NCBI RefSeq assembly: GCF_001194135.2
Contig: NC_068982.1
Coordinates: forward strand, 6,607,260 to 6,671,259
DNA from: Octopus bimaculoides
Taxonomy: Eukaryota
DNA: 64,000 nt
Direction of reading: 5' to 3'
Below, piece by piece: positions 51,010 through 63,832 of the stretch; the first letter of the stretch is position 1; each line of letters opens with the position of its first letter. Below the pieces are notes generated by a model. It was not told where the DNA came from and ran no database searches. It worked only from the letters and a program-made list of their open reading frames with translations. The position numbers and the translations under genes were made by a program.

Positions 51010-51532
51010 TTAGAAGACCTGTTGGGGCAAGTGAGATCGAAACTGAACCAAATTCGATGACTGGCACCTGTGCCAGTGGAGCGCTAACAGCACCAACCGA
51101 GCGGGATCACTGCCAGAGCAGTGGTCTCACTTCCGTGCCGGTGGCACATAATAAGCACCATTTGAGCACGATCGTTTCCAGCATTGCCTTGCTGGCACTT
51201 GTGCCGGTGGCATGTGAACAAAGCATTTGACTGACTCCTGTGCAGGTGGCACGTAAAAAACACCATTTGAGCGTGGCTGTTGCCAATACTGCTGGACTAG
51301 CCCTCGTGCTGGTGGCACGTAAAAAGCACCCACTACACTCTCAGAGTGGTTGGTGTTAGGAAGGGCATCCAGCTGTAGAAACTCTGCCAGATCAGATTGG
51401 AGCCTGGTGCAGCCANNNNNNNNNNCTGCCAGATCAGATTGGAGCCTGGTGCAGCCATCTGGTTCGCCAGTCCTCACTCAAATTGTCCAACCCATGCTAG
51501 CATGGAAAGCGGATGTTAAACAATGATGATGA
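51010..51532 (+). mobile_element. retroposon family C (4-5 tandem units; 10-N gap inside)
   Basis: Units plus tail. Confidence 0.85.
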
Positions 51533-51858
51533 TTATAATAACACTCAATATGTGCACTCTGAATGTAGTTCCACTTGTCAGTCTGTCTGTAGTTTTAATG
51601 TCCAGTCTTTTATGCTGGTATGGCTAGGATGAATCTGCTGTATGGCATATTAGGATTTATCCTAATCCAATGCTATGTTGACTATTAAGACATATGTTAA
51701 CAGATTTTATGTAGTTAAGGTAAATCCACCCATGTTCATTATAAAAGATCTTTTAAAATTTTACCTGATCTTGTTCTGACAGCTCTTTTCTAGTGTTCGT
51801 GTACATAAATTCTTTACTCAGCAGAAGTCAACCATTTGCAGTATATTTATTGTTTTAA

Positions 51859-52073
51859 CCCGTTTACTATCATATTTATTTTGAAATGCTCTGTGTTGCT
51901 TTCAATTACTTTAAATATAGCAAAGGATTTAGTAAAATAACTTTGTTATCATTAAGCTAGTGTTAGGAACATAAATTGTGACTAAGGTTTGGTGGAAGAT
52001 TTTAATTCAAAACTTATGAAGACACTTGTATTCAGAGTTAGAGCCAGTTTCAGCAAGGTTGGTATTGAAAGGG
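51859..52073. mobile_element. piggyBac-type MITE
   Basis: TTAA|CCCGTTTACTATCA...TGGTATTGAAAGGG|TTAA; TTAA TSD intact on both sides. Confidence 0.8.
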
Positions 52074-53268
52074 TTAATGCTGTAAATTGAATGTTAAATA
52101 TTCATATCAAAGTGTGCACCATAAACGAAGTTCTATTTGTCATTGTTTCAGTAGATTTAACATCCAGTCTCCCGTGCTGACACAGCTCTCCAGTTGTTGT
52201 CAGCAACAGTCACATATTTCACTACATTGCACAATCACCAATGTTTACCATAGAGAGAAACTCTTGCTGTTAACAGGAATTCACCATCATCAATTCTGTG
52301 ATTGGAATAGCATGGATTACCTGCTTCTCTAGAAAGGCATCTAAGCAGATCACTGTCTACATTTCATGAGCGCCTCTATCACTAATTATATCTGTAGATA
52401 TACTAATGATGCCATTGCAGATATTTCATGCTCATTCTTTGCACTGAGTAAACAGTATTGAGTCCCTTCCTACTCGCTTCAGACATAATTAACTAAAGCA
52501 ATTTCTTTTATGGCACAGAGAGTTCTTTTCTCTTTTCCTTGCTAAAAATTCAAGTATTCATAGACTTTTTGATTCTAGTCCATTCCTCAATGACTGAAAT
52601 TTATTTTGTACTTCTCAGATACAACCTGTAATGAGAACCAAGCCACCAGGATACAAATGGGAACAGCAATGTTGCTATTAACACAAACGTTCTGGTCTAC
52701 AGCAAACAGATGAGTGTCAGAATTTATTCACTAACATGCTAAAAATACTAACTTACCGTCTAATGAGGGAACCTCTATTCAGTCATTCAGCCAGCTAAAA
52801 ACAGCAGCTAATTCTATCATATCATACATCAAGGCCTAAAGCAAGGTATGAGACATTAGATGATGTAATCCTACATAGCACTACAAAAGCCCAGATGGAG
52901 CACCTATTTTAATCAAGAATGATTTGGGGTTAAATCAGTAGATGCCGAACATTTTCAGGTTGCCACCCCCTTGACATCTAGGCCATATTCTGAGCATCCC
53001 TCTCACCCTCCTCACCACGAATATAGACCCCTTTTCTGTAGCAAATTCAAAACAACTGTATTTCCTGAATAAAAATTAAACCTAATTAACCTATTAATAT
53101 TTTTTTTTTACATCTGTCACCCCATTTTGGCCACCCCATTATCATCCCACTTTTCTTCAACACCCACCCAGATCTTTCCACCACCTCTAAGGGGGCAGTT
53201 CTTCCCACTTTGGGAACAAATGGGTTAAATAACAGCAACAATTATTAAGCAACAGAGGCCTGTTTCTT

Positions 53269-53693
53269 TTTGGAGTAAAGATTATTTGCCAACATAACAT
53301 GGCAGTCCTGGTTTAGGACGAATGTTGCTGTAATTTAGCCCCAGGAGATATTGTCTTCAGCTAGCTATATGACATGATCTGTGTCCTTATATTTTCGAAC
53401 AAGGGAATCTAGCACCCCCACTCAGCTCAAAACAATATCTGTGTATCGCAATTTCTGGGTTACTTCTCTTCATCAGCACAGAATAATTGTTCGGCTAGAA
53501 GTGGTGCTACCAAATTCCTGTTGGAAATATGTAGTTTTCAAAGTGACAACTAGATTTCCTTGTTAGAAAATATAAGGACACAGATCGTGTCGTATAGCCA
53601 GCTGGAGATGATGTCTCCTGGGGCTAAATTACAGCAATGTTAGCCCTAAACCAGGACTGCCATGTTATGTTAGCAAATCATTTTTACTCCAAA
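53269..53693. mobile_element. HHR-GACAC-hairpin element as a full fold-back (144-bp inverted arms)
   Basis: Arms 53269-53412 / 53550-53693; HHR motif on the minus strand in the spacer; no clear TSD. Confidence 0.85.
53432..53491 (-). ncRNA. type I hammerhead motif, stem II decayed
   Basis: AACAAT..TCTGTG-CTGATGA-A-GAGAAGTAACCCA-GAAA-TTGCGAT-A-CACAGA.ATTGTT. 6-bp stem I; stem III is one substitution from the palindrome ATCGCGAT. Confidence 0.65.
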
Positions 53694-54899
53694 GTACTAT
53701 TGCTGAATATTTCTCGTTGTGAGATTTACAAATAGTAAATTTCTGTTTCTTTTTGTTTTACTTTTTTTCTCTTACTAAAATACTATAATAAATCTACCTA
53801 ATCTAAACGAACTGAACTGGTACTAGCAGTAGTTGGGATTAACCTTGTTTGGCCTGACATCCAATCCAGTGAGTCATCTTGTGCTCTCAATAACTTACCA
53901 CAGAAACCAGCATATGCTCTGGTCTGATGGATTTGCAGGCTTGAGACCAATTATAACTTTTGTTTTAAACTAAGTAGGCAACTTATGGACTACCTCATCC
54001 TATACGCACGTGATGCCCTCTGAGAAGAATGAAGGGGCCATGAATGTCACCTCTTCTCTTTCTACTAAATCATAGAAGAAACAAAATGTTCTAAGTTCTT
54101 GTATAATTGCATCAAGATGTGGGCAAAGAATTATCAAAATTAACACTTGTTGCACACTTTTAAGCTAAATCAATTTGTCTGTTAACACATGTGTTAATAA
54201 TTCTGCTGTGTGTGTGTGTGCCTGCATGTTTGAATGTATGTGTATGTGTGTCTGCTTGTGCCTGAAAGAGGGCGGATCTCCAAAGTGATCAGCCAGGAAA
54301 GAAAACAAATGAAAGGAAAGGTTGATAAATAGATTTTAAGAAATAATTCTTTAGATTTACTCATAAACTTTGACTATTTTCATACACTTGCATAGACATT
54401 CCACACACCCCGCCGTACATACATGCACAAATATATGAGAAGAATATTAATCATACTGATTATCTTAAAATATGAGAATCTACTTCGTTTATTGTAAGAT
54501 ATAAGACTGGTGTACACACAAAGAAAGAATTTAGAAGTAAAGAGTGTGTGTGTGTTGTTTCTTTGTATCTGTATATGTTTAAAAATCAGAAAAAAGTAAG
54601 TTTTAGAGAATCGTAAATTTAAAGCTGCAATTTGTACTGTTATCTGTTAATCTCGGTTTTTTTTTTTCTTTAAAGGTTTAAAAATTAAGTTTATAATCAC
54701 TGATTATTTATTTTTAAATATAGTAAACATATGAAGCGTATTTTGTTTTTAAATAAAGAAGAAACATAAGCAAAAGGTTGAAAGATGATAAACAAAGAAC
54801 ACAAGTCTAAATAATAATATACCTGCTCTCTTCTTTGATATTTACTGAAGACCGTCATTTCCCTTAAGATTGTCCTTTGTGTATGCCTGGTATTTTTTT

Positions 54900-55560
54900 T
54901 TAATGTATGTGTAGGTGTGTGTGTTCGTATGTGTGTTTATGTATATGAGTGTTGTGTGTGTGTGTTCATGTGTGTGTTCGTCTTGGCATGCGTGTGTATT
55001 TGTGTGTTTATGTGTGTTTATGTATATGAGTTATTTCTTTACTACCTACAAGGGGCTACACACAGAGGGGACAAACAAGGACAGACAAACAGATTAAATC
55101 GATTATATCGACCCTAGTGCGTAACTGGTACTTATTTAATCAACCCCGAAAGGATGAAAGGCAAAGTCGACCTCGGCGGAATTTGAACTCAGAACGTAGC
55201 GGGCAGACGAAATACCGCTAAGCATTTCGCCCGGTGTGCTAACGGTTCTGCCAGCTCGCCGCCATTTTATGTATATGAGTGTTCGTCTTTGCGTGCATGG
55301 GCATGTGCATGTGTGTGTTCGTTTGTGTTTATGTATACGAGTGTGTGTGTTCGTCTTTGCATGCGTGTATGTGCTCATGTGTGTGTGTGTTCGTCTTTGC
55401 ATGCGTGTATGTGCTCATGTGTGTGTGTGCATGTGTGTTTATGTATATGAGTGTGTGTTTGTGTCCGTGTGTATGTTTGTCTTTGCATGTGTGCATGCGT
55501 GTATGTGCATGCATGTGCATGTATGTGCGCACATGTGTGTGTGTGTTTATGCTTATGTTT
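54900..55560. repeat. (TG)-derived low-complexity / minisatellite region surrounding a SINE B
   Basis: Repeated TGTGTGTTCGTCTTTGCATGCGTGTATG units. Confidence 0.9.
55022..55263 (-). mobile_element. SINE family B, near-intact copy
   Basis: GGCGGCGAGCTGGCAGAACCGTTAGCAC head, TGAGTTCAAATTCC B-box-like motif, central GAGGTCGACTTTGCCTTTCATCCTTTCGGGG, tail AAGAAATAA; second copy at 56042-56240. Confidence 0.9.
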
Positions 55561-55684
55561 CTGTATAGAAAATTGCACAAAGAATCTTATTTTGATCTTG
55601 GAAATGCTTGAATAAGCACAGGAAGTTTTAATGCCTTCTGCGCTTATTGGCATCCATATGCAAACACAAAATGCACTGATACAC

Positions 55685-55823
<139 letters not shown>

Positions 55824-56238
55824 CAGCCCCACCAAGACAAAAAAAAATAACAGACAATCATGCATTCCTCCATGTATGTGCTTAGACATATTTCACTCAA
55901 GTATTTACATATGTATACAGAGATATATGCACACATACACACACATACACACACACACACACATTCAACAAATGTGGATATTCAAGCAACAAAATATACT
56001 AACAGATACACATAAATGATAAAGCATACACACACACATATATTTATTTCTTTATTGCCCACAAGGGGCTAAATAGAGAGGGGACAAAGAAGGACAGACA
56101 AAGGGATTAAGTCGATTACATTGACACCAGTGCAAAACTGGTACTTATTTAATCGACCCCGAAAGGATGAAAGGCAAAGTTGATCTCGGTTGAATTTGAA
56201 CTCAGAACATAATGGCTATCGATTCTGCTAGCTTGCAC

Positions 56239-56274
<36 letters not shown>

Positions 56275-56684
56275 CATTAATTTTTAGCATGCAAGGGTTA
56301 GGTTTATGATGACGATGATGATGATGATGATAGAAATATTAACATATATATGCATACATATATACACACAGACATGCACACACATACGCGTGCATGCATA
56401 CACGCATTCCTATGCATACAAACACATATTTTGTGTTCTTAGTAAATGGAACATTGCCATACTGAGTAAACCACCATCTAGAGTTTTAGCCAGTTGTATC
56501 TGAAATGCCTGAAGGTAGATAAAAGGCAAGAATGAGCCAAAGAAAAACAAAATGGCCAAAACAGATAGAAATCCTACCAAATTTGTTTTCCTTTGACATA
56601 CCACAGGTTCGTTATCCCACCTGCCTAGACACACATTGATTCAGTGTTCAGTTCAGGAAAAATAGAATTCAATATTCAATCTTT

Positions 56685-57062
56685 ATTCTTTTTTCTTGTT
56701 TCGGTCATTTGACTTCAGCCATGCTGGTGCACCGCCTTTAGTCAAGCAAATCGACCCCAGGACTTATTCTTTGTAAGCCTAATACTTATTCTATCGGTTC
56801 TCTTTTGCTGAACCGCTTAGTTATGGGGACATAAACGCACCAGCATCGGTTGTCAAGTGATGTTGTGGGGACAACCACAGACACACATACATATACATAT
56901 ATATGACGGTCTTCTTTCAGTTTCCGTCTACCAAATTCACCCACAAGGCTTTGATCGGCCCGAGGCTATAGTATAAGACACTTGTCCAAGGTGCCACGCA
57001 TTGGGACTGAACCCAGAACCATGTGGTTAGTAAGGAAGCTACTTATCACACAGCCACTCTTC
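56685..57062 (-). mobile_element. tRNA-derived SINE family A (full length)
   Basis: As the other family A copies. Confidence 0.9.
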
Positions 57063-57479
57063 TGCCTAATTGTAAATATATTTTTACCGAATTGTCTGTA
57101 AAGCTCTGTAAGTGTTTCAAAATATGAATTTCATGCCTCAAACTTTGAAGCTAATTAAAAGCACCCACACACTTTCAGACACACATAAACACAGTTTTAT
57201 ATGCGCGCGCGCGTGTGCGTGCGTGTGTGCGTGTGTGTGTTATCATCATCATTGTTATGTCCACTTTTTTTCTATGATGGCATGAACTGAAAGAGATTTC
57301 TTTAGCCAGTATTGAAAAGCTGGGCGATCCTTCCTATTGCTAAATCTTACTTGATTTTCAGATAAGGCATTTTATTCTTTACCTCAGTAAATTTGCCAGG
57401 TGTAAACCTGTTCCATCTTCAATAGGATTTGATCTTGTTTGGTATGTGACTGTGGTCAATGGCTCTCATCTATGATTTA

Positions 57480-57945
57480 TGTGCTGGTGGCACGTTAAAA
57501 GCATCATTCAAGAATGGTCATTGCCAGTGTCGCTTGACTGGCTCTGGTGCCAGTGGTACGTAAAAAGCACCATTCGAGAGTGGTCGATGCCAATGCTGGT
57601 TGACTGGTCCCATGCCAGTGTTGGCTGACTGGTCCCATGCCAGTGGCACATGAAAAGCACCATTCAAGCATGGTCATTGCCAAAGCTGCCAGACTGGCTT
57701 CCATGCCGGTGGCATGCAAAAAGCACCATTCAAGCATGGTCAATATCAGTACCACATGACTGGCCCTCGTGCCGGTGGCACATAATGAGCACCCACTACA
57801 CTCTCAGAGTGGTTGGCATTAGGAAGGGCATCCACCTGTAGAAACTTTACCAGATTGGATTGGAGCCTGGTGCAGTTTTCTGGCTTACCAGCCCTCAGTC
57901 AAACCCTCCAGACATCAAGCGACAACGATGATGATGATGATGACT
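57480..57945 (+). mobile_element. retroposon family C (about 5 tandem units)
   Basis: Units plus tail. Confidence 0.85.
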
Positions 57946-58862
57946 GACCCCTATGCATTAAGCTAAATCAAGCCGTACCATATTCAAATTAATTTTATTT
58001 CATTTAATATCCTGGTTTGTAATTCAAACTAAAAAGAAATTCTCAGTATGTCCTTTTATTCCTGCCTTTTTAAGATTAATTTGTTTTGCCATTGCTTTGA
58101 AATGTCTTTTTTTGCAAGAATTTCAATATAATTCTTACCATCCACATGCAGTAAGGTTACAGACATAAACTGTCTATTAGTCCAGCATTTGTTTTCTTCA
58201 GCAAGAATATTCATTTTGCCTTAGATTAATTCTTCACTAAAGACTTTTCACTGCAATGTTACCAGAGGAGGACGAAGTAAAGTTTATTCTTCAGATGAAC
58301 ACCATGCTTACATAATTCATACGAGTCACCATTAATAACTGGAAAATTTCTTTTCTTTGGTCTTTCTCACAAACTTATCCACTTCTTTCTCCCTATTATC
58401 CAAATGTTGGAGTTTAACAGCAGGTTTTGTGGGGATGTTTCAACTCTTCATAGGCAATAATAGACAAGCATAATCCAGGTTGTTGTTGGCGTTTTGTATA
58501 TGAACATCAAATTATTCTTTCACACACTTAAAAGCACCGATGTTTCCTCTATTGAACACTTACCTTGAAATCATGTATAGATTGCATTCTACTGTCAAAA
58601 GTAGAGTTTCCTAACGGTTAATTTTAAACCTTTAGTTATTACTACTATCGTTTTAAGTTCTATTCTACAAATACTAAGAGATCACTGCTTTCTCTCTAAT
58701 ATAAATAGAAGCATGTGTGGGTAAGAAGTTTACTCCCCAAATGCATAGTTCAGGGTTCAGTCCCACTGGGTAGCACCTTGGCTAAATGTCTTCAACAATA
58801 TCCTCTGGCTGACCAAAGCCTTGAGAGCGGATTTGCTAGACAAAAATTGAAAGAAACCTGTC

Positions 58863-58937
<75 letters not shown>

Positions 58938-59725
58938 GTTAATAAAATCAAAATAGGATAAAAATCTTTTACATGAATTTTATCAGGAAGCTAGTGTGTA
59001 AAAAAATTTGTAAGGGAAATTTCTATTCCCAAGAATATACTTATTCGTTTATATACATATGAAGGGTATTACTACAGAATAATGCCACACACTAGACTTC
59101 CCAAATAAACACATTTTAGTACCGAATGCAAGGCGATATTTGAAGAAAAGAAGGCTAAAGACACCGCTTGCTAAAAATCAAAGCTAAAGTTTCGAAAAAC
59201 CACCAGTTCTATGATAAATACACATATATGCAATGTAATGAATATTTTAAAAAATAGGCCTACCTTCAGAATGGGATACGAAGGCAGCTAATACATATCC
59301 CAATATCAATTGATTTCATGCTGTGCATGAGAAACATGCTCTGCAATCCTCAGTTGGAAATAGTACTTGACATCTATTTCTAAAATATTCATTATGTCAA
59401 CTCGTGTGTGTTTCTAACTTTAAACGTCCCACTCCATTTAAAGAGAAAACTATCATAAACAATAAAAAAGTAGATATGTGAAGTATTGTTATGACTGTTA
59501 AAAACAGTAATAATGAGGTGGCTAGCAAGACTTCTACCTATACAGGTACAGTATAAAATATTTGAAGAAACGAAGGGCTTAGGGTCTATTTTTCAGCATA
59601 TTAGCATAGGAAATTGTTTTCTTTTTCTTTTGCCCTTATTTAGAATTGTTTATATTTTCACCTTGAAAAGTATTTTAATATACTGTCACTGATAGAATTT
59701 TTTTTAAAACTTTTATCCTGATATT

Positions 59726-59798
<73 letters not shown>

Positions 59799-60342
59799 NN
59801 NNNNNNNNNNNNNNNNNNNNNNNNNNNNNNNNNNNNNNNNNNNNNNNNNNNNNNNNNNNNNNNNNNNNNNNNNNNNNNNNNNNNNNNNNNNNNNNNNNNN
59901 NNNNNNNNNNNNNNNNNNNNNNNNNNNNNNNNNNNNNNNNNNNNNNNNNNNNNNNNNNNNNNNNNNNNNNNNNNNNNNNNNNNNNNNNNNNNNNNNNNNN
60001 NNNNNNNNNNNNNNNNNNNNNNNNNNNNNNNNNNNNNNNNNNNNNNNNNNNNNNNNNNNNNNNNNNNNNNNNNNNNNNNNNNNNNNNNNNNNNNNNNNNN
60101 NNNNNNNNNNNNNNNNNNNNNNNNNNNNNNNNNNNNNNNNNNNNNNNNNNNNNNNNNNNNNNNNNNNNNNNNNNNNNNNNNNNNNNNNNNNNNNNNNNNN
60201 NNNNNNNNNNNNNNNNNNNNNNNNNNNNNNNNNNNNNNNNNNNNNNNNNNNNNNNNNNNNNNNNNNNNNNNNNNNNNNNNNNNNNNNNNNNNNNNNNNNN
60301 NNNNNNNNNNNNNNNNNNNNNNNNNNNNNNNNNNNNNNNNNN

Positions 60343-60380
<38 letters not shown>

Positions 60381-61409
60381 CAGTGGCAACTGGCATTAAT
60401 GTGCTAATGTCCCCATAACTTATTGGTTCAATAAAAGAGACAGATAGAATAAGCACCAGGCTTAAACTTGTTTGACTCTCCAAGACTCTACCCCAGCATG
60501 GCCACAGTCTGGAGACTGAAACAAGTAAAAGACAAAAACTAAATGATAGTCATCGACAGGACTAATTACGAGTCATTTGCAGCTAATATTTTCCATTTAA
60601 TTTTTTCTGATACTTGCATGAAATTTGAAACTCATTATTTCCAATCTCTGACTAGAATATAAGAAACACCTCCTGTCTTCCATGCCAAAGGTGGCCCCCA
60701 TTTGTATCAATTACCAGCCAACAATCTCACCACTGGACTGTAATAGTTTTACACTGTAACAGTAAAAAATCATTAATAGCTCCACACCATGGATGTTAGT
60801 AGAAGTGGTTAACTACCACTCGGAGCACATGATCTGCACCAGCCAATGGTAATGAGCCTATTCATTAGCCAGTGATTATTAGCCTTATCTACATGTTGTG
60901 AAAGTTTTGTCAGACAAAGGGAAACATCTGAACGATCAAGATTGTTTTTTGCCATTTCCTGTGAAACACTCAGGAAAGTAATGAAACATGTTGAGTGTTC
61001 TTTTATTTTGATAGTACCCTTATTAATAGCACCCTTGTTAATATATATATGTGTATGGTCAATGCCTGTGCCACCTGACTGGCTCCCCAGGCTGGTAGCA
61101 CGTTAAAAGTACCCACTACACTCTCAAAGTGGTTGGTGTTAGGAAGGGCATCCAGCTGTAGAAACACTGCCATATCAGATTGGAGGCTGGTGCAGCCTTC
61201 TGGCTTGCCAGTCCTCAGTGAAACTGTCCAACCCATGCCAGCATGGAAAGTGGACTTTAAACAATGATGAGCATGATGGTATGTGTGTGTATTTGTGTGT
61301 GTTGTATGTCCTTTGATTTTCATTATTTGAAATCTTCCTCTGAGGAAGGAGCTGGTTTCTAACAAGCATACAAAGCTTCATCATTGGAATGTAGATTACA
61401 AAAGCAATG

Positions 61410-61665
61410 TCACATTTTAAACTTGAGTAAAGTCTTGAATATTTTTATTGTTCCGCTTACAGCTTGTGTCTATAACGTGCAAATTAGTTGGTTGATTTCT
61501 TTTTCTGAAAACTCTAGCTTATCTAGATTCTCACTTCACCGTTTACTCACAAAACCAAGTGCACCATTTATTACAGGTATAAATGTGGATTTATAATCTG
61601 AATATAGGAGCTGGCGGTTACGAAGCAGCTGTCCATAGTTATCCTCTTTGTCTTTGGTTTTGAGG
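61410..61665 (-). pseudogene. RLE-type non-LTR retrotransposon C-terminus (second family)
   Basis: KDKEDNYGQLLRNRQLLYSDYKSTFIPVINGALGFVSKR*SENLDKLEF...QAVSGTIKIFKTLLKFKM*. Confidence 0.7.
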
Positions 61666-61864
61666 AAGTATTCACGAGTATATATGTATAATTACATACT
61701 TATATGTATGCATTGGTGAAAGCTTCTTTTTAAAAACAAAGAAAAGAAGATAATAGTAAGAATAGTTTCTAATTTTGGCACAAGACTAGCAATTTCAGGG
61801 GAGGACTAAGTCGGACCCTAGCATTCAACTGGTGCTTATTTTTTTGACCATGAAAAGCAAAGTT

Positions 61865-62200
61865 ATCATTATCATCATCATCATCGTTTAACGTCTGTTT
61901 TCCATGCTGGCATGGGCTGGAAGGTTCGACTGGGGTCTGGGAAGCCAGTGGGCTGCACCGGGTTTCAGTCCGATCTGGCAGTGTTTCTACAGCTGGATGC
62001 CCTTCCTAAGGCCAACCACTCCAAGAGTGTAGTGGGTGCTTTTTACGTTCCACTGGCACAGGAGCCAGAAGGGGGCTGGCAACAACCACAATTGGCTGGT
62101 GATTTTTATGTGCCACCGGCACAGAAGCCAGTCAAGGCATTGGCTATGTTCGGTTGGTGCTTTTTGCATGCCACCGGCATAGGGATGACAACTACCATTT
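61865..62200 (-). mobile_element. retroposon family C
   Basis: Tail plus 2 units; inserted in a SINE B remnant. Confidence 0.8.
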
Positions 62201-62298
62201 CCTAGAATTTGAACTCAGAACTTAAGGCTAGGAGAAATGCCACTATGCATTTCTTTTTTTTTTTTTTGCATGCTAACCATTCTGTCAACTTGCTATCC

Positions 62299-62338
<40 letters not shown>

Positions 62339-62339
62339 T

Positions 62340-62677
62340 TATTCTTTTATTAGCCACAAGGGCTTACATACAATAACATTAACGGATATGCAACAACATA
62401 AAAGAAAAAAACAGGACGGTACAATGGGTTTTCTGCATGTAAACAATATAAGTAATTAAAAATTGAACAAATTAAAACTCGCAATAGGGGAGGCATTTTA
62501 GGTCCTAATGGAAAAACCCAGAAAAGCCACAGGTAACTGGTCAACAGGGCAAGAGCGCTTCTCCTTTAATTCCCTTTTTTTATAGGTGCACGCTCAGAAT
62601 TGGTCCTTTCACACTTAGCCATTCTTTCAGCATTCACCCACCTTTCAACAAACTTACAACACTACCCTCTCGACCCC
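62340..62677 (-). mobile_element. probable Tx1/L1-like LINE 3' end
   Basis: KFVERWVNAERMAK followed by a T-rich 3' UTR ending at (AAT)n. Clade assigned by resemblance. Confidence 0.45.
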
Positions 62678-62729
62678 CAATGATAATAATAATAATAATA
62701 ATGCAATTCTAAATGTATGTGAATATATA

Positions 62730-62766
<37 letters not shown>

Positions 62767-62845
62767 GAAGCTTTGTGATTGAATTTGGTAGGCAGAAGTT
62801 ACTGCCGTGTGTGTATATGTCTGTGTATGTGCTTGTGCCTCTCTC

Positions 62846-62900
<55 letters not shown>

Positions 62901-63544
62901 CAAATACATACATACATATACATATCTATATATATGCATGTTTCTGTGTGTGTATATGTGTATGTACATAGTATGTATGTGTATATATGTAAGTGTTCAT
63001 ATTCATAGATAGATAATCTTAGAATTGCATGCGGCTGGTTGGATTACTAAGTATATACATACTCAAACACACAGCAGACATATTTAAACACAAACAAACT
63101 GTTTGTACATAAATATTATAACATATCCATATATATAATTTACATGTAGACACACATATTTCTTGTGTATAAGTAAGTTAGAAAATAGGATTATATTCTC
63201 CCCTCCCATTTCTTTTATGCTTTAAGATGGCAATCTTTTATGAGCAGATTACAACATATAAAAACCAAACTTGTGTTATGTTTTGCCTCACTAAATTTTT
63301 GTGGGCTTAATGTATTCAAAACTTTCAGGAATTGGTATTAAAATTATATGTAGTTTTATGTATGAATGCAATTTGTCTGTGTATATCTCTGTATGTTTTG
63401 TTTGTGCATTTTTTCTTTTGTTTTTTTTTTGGAGATGTATATATCTATGTATCACCAAATTGAACCTGGTTAAACCTTTGCCTGATTTTCCTCATCCTAT
63501 ATTACCAGCACATCCGAGCTTATGAAGACCTATTGAGCCAAGTG

Positions 63545-63770
63545 AAATCAAAATCAAAATCTCTAATGTGGCCGATGAGAGTACTGCCTGGTTGGCAGTC
63601 ATGCCAGTGGAATGTTACAAGCACATCCAAGCATGAATGTTGCCAGGGCTAGGATTGGCTCCCGTGCCAGTGGCACGTAAAAAGCACCATTCGAGTGTGA
63701 TTCTTGCCAACATTGCCTTACTGGCACGTGCCGGTGGCATATGGCAAACAACATTTGAGCGTAGTCGTCG

Positions 63771-63832
<62 letters not shown>

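Noticed and set aside
51384-51457. Direct duplication of CTGCCAGATCAGATTGGAGCCTGGTGCAGCCA on both sides of a 10-N gap
   Set aside because: Most likely an unmerged contig overlap (assembly artefact)
57480-57800. CRISPR-like look of the family C arrays (palindromic repeat plus variable intervening sequence)
   Set aside because: The intervening segments are homologous to each other, the arrays sit inside a dispersed eukaryotic retroposon, and there are no cas genes
61335-61370. CTGAGGA-A-GGAG(CTGGT)TTCT hammerhead-like half
   Set aside because: No GAAA, stem III or stem I
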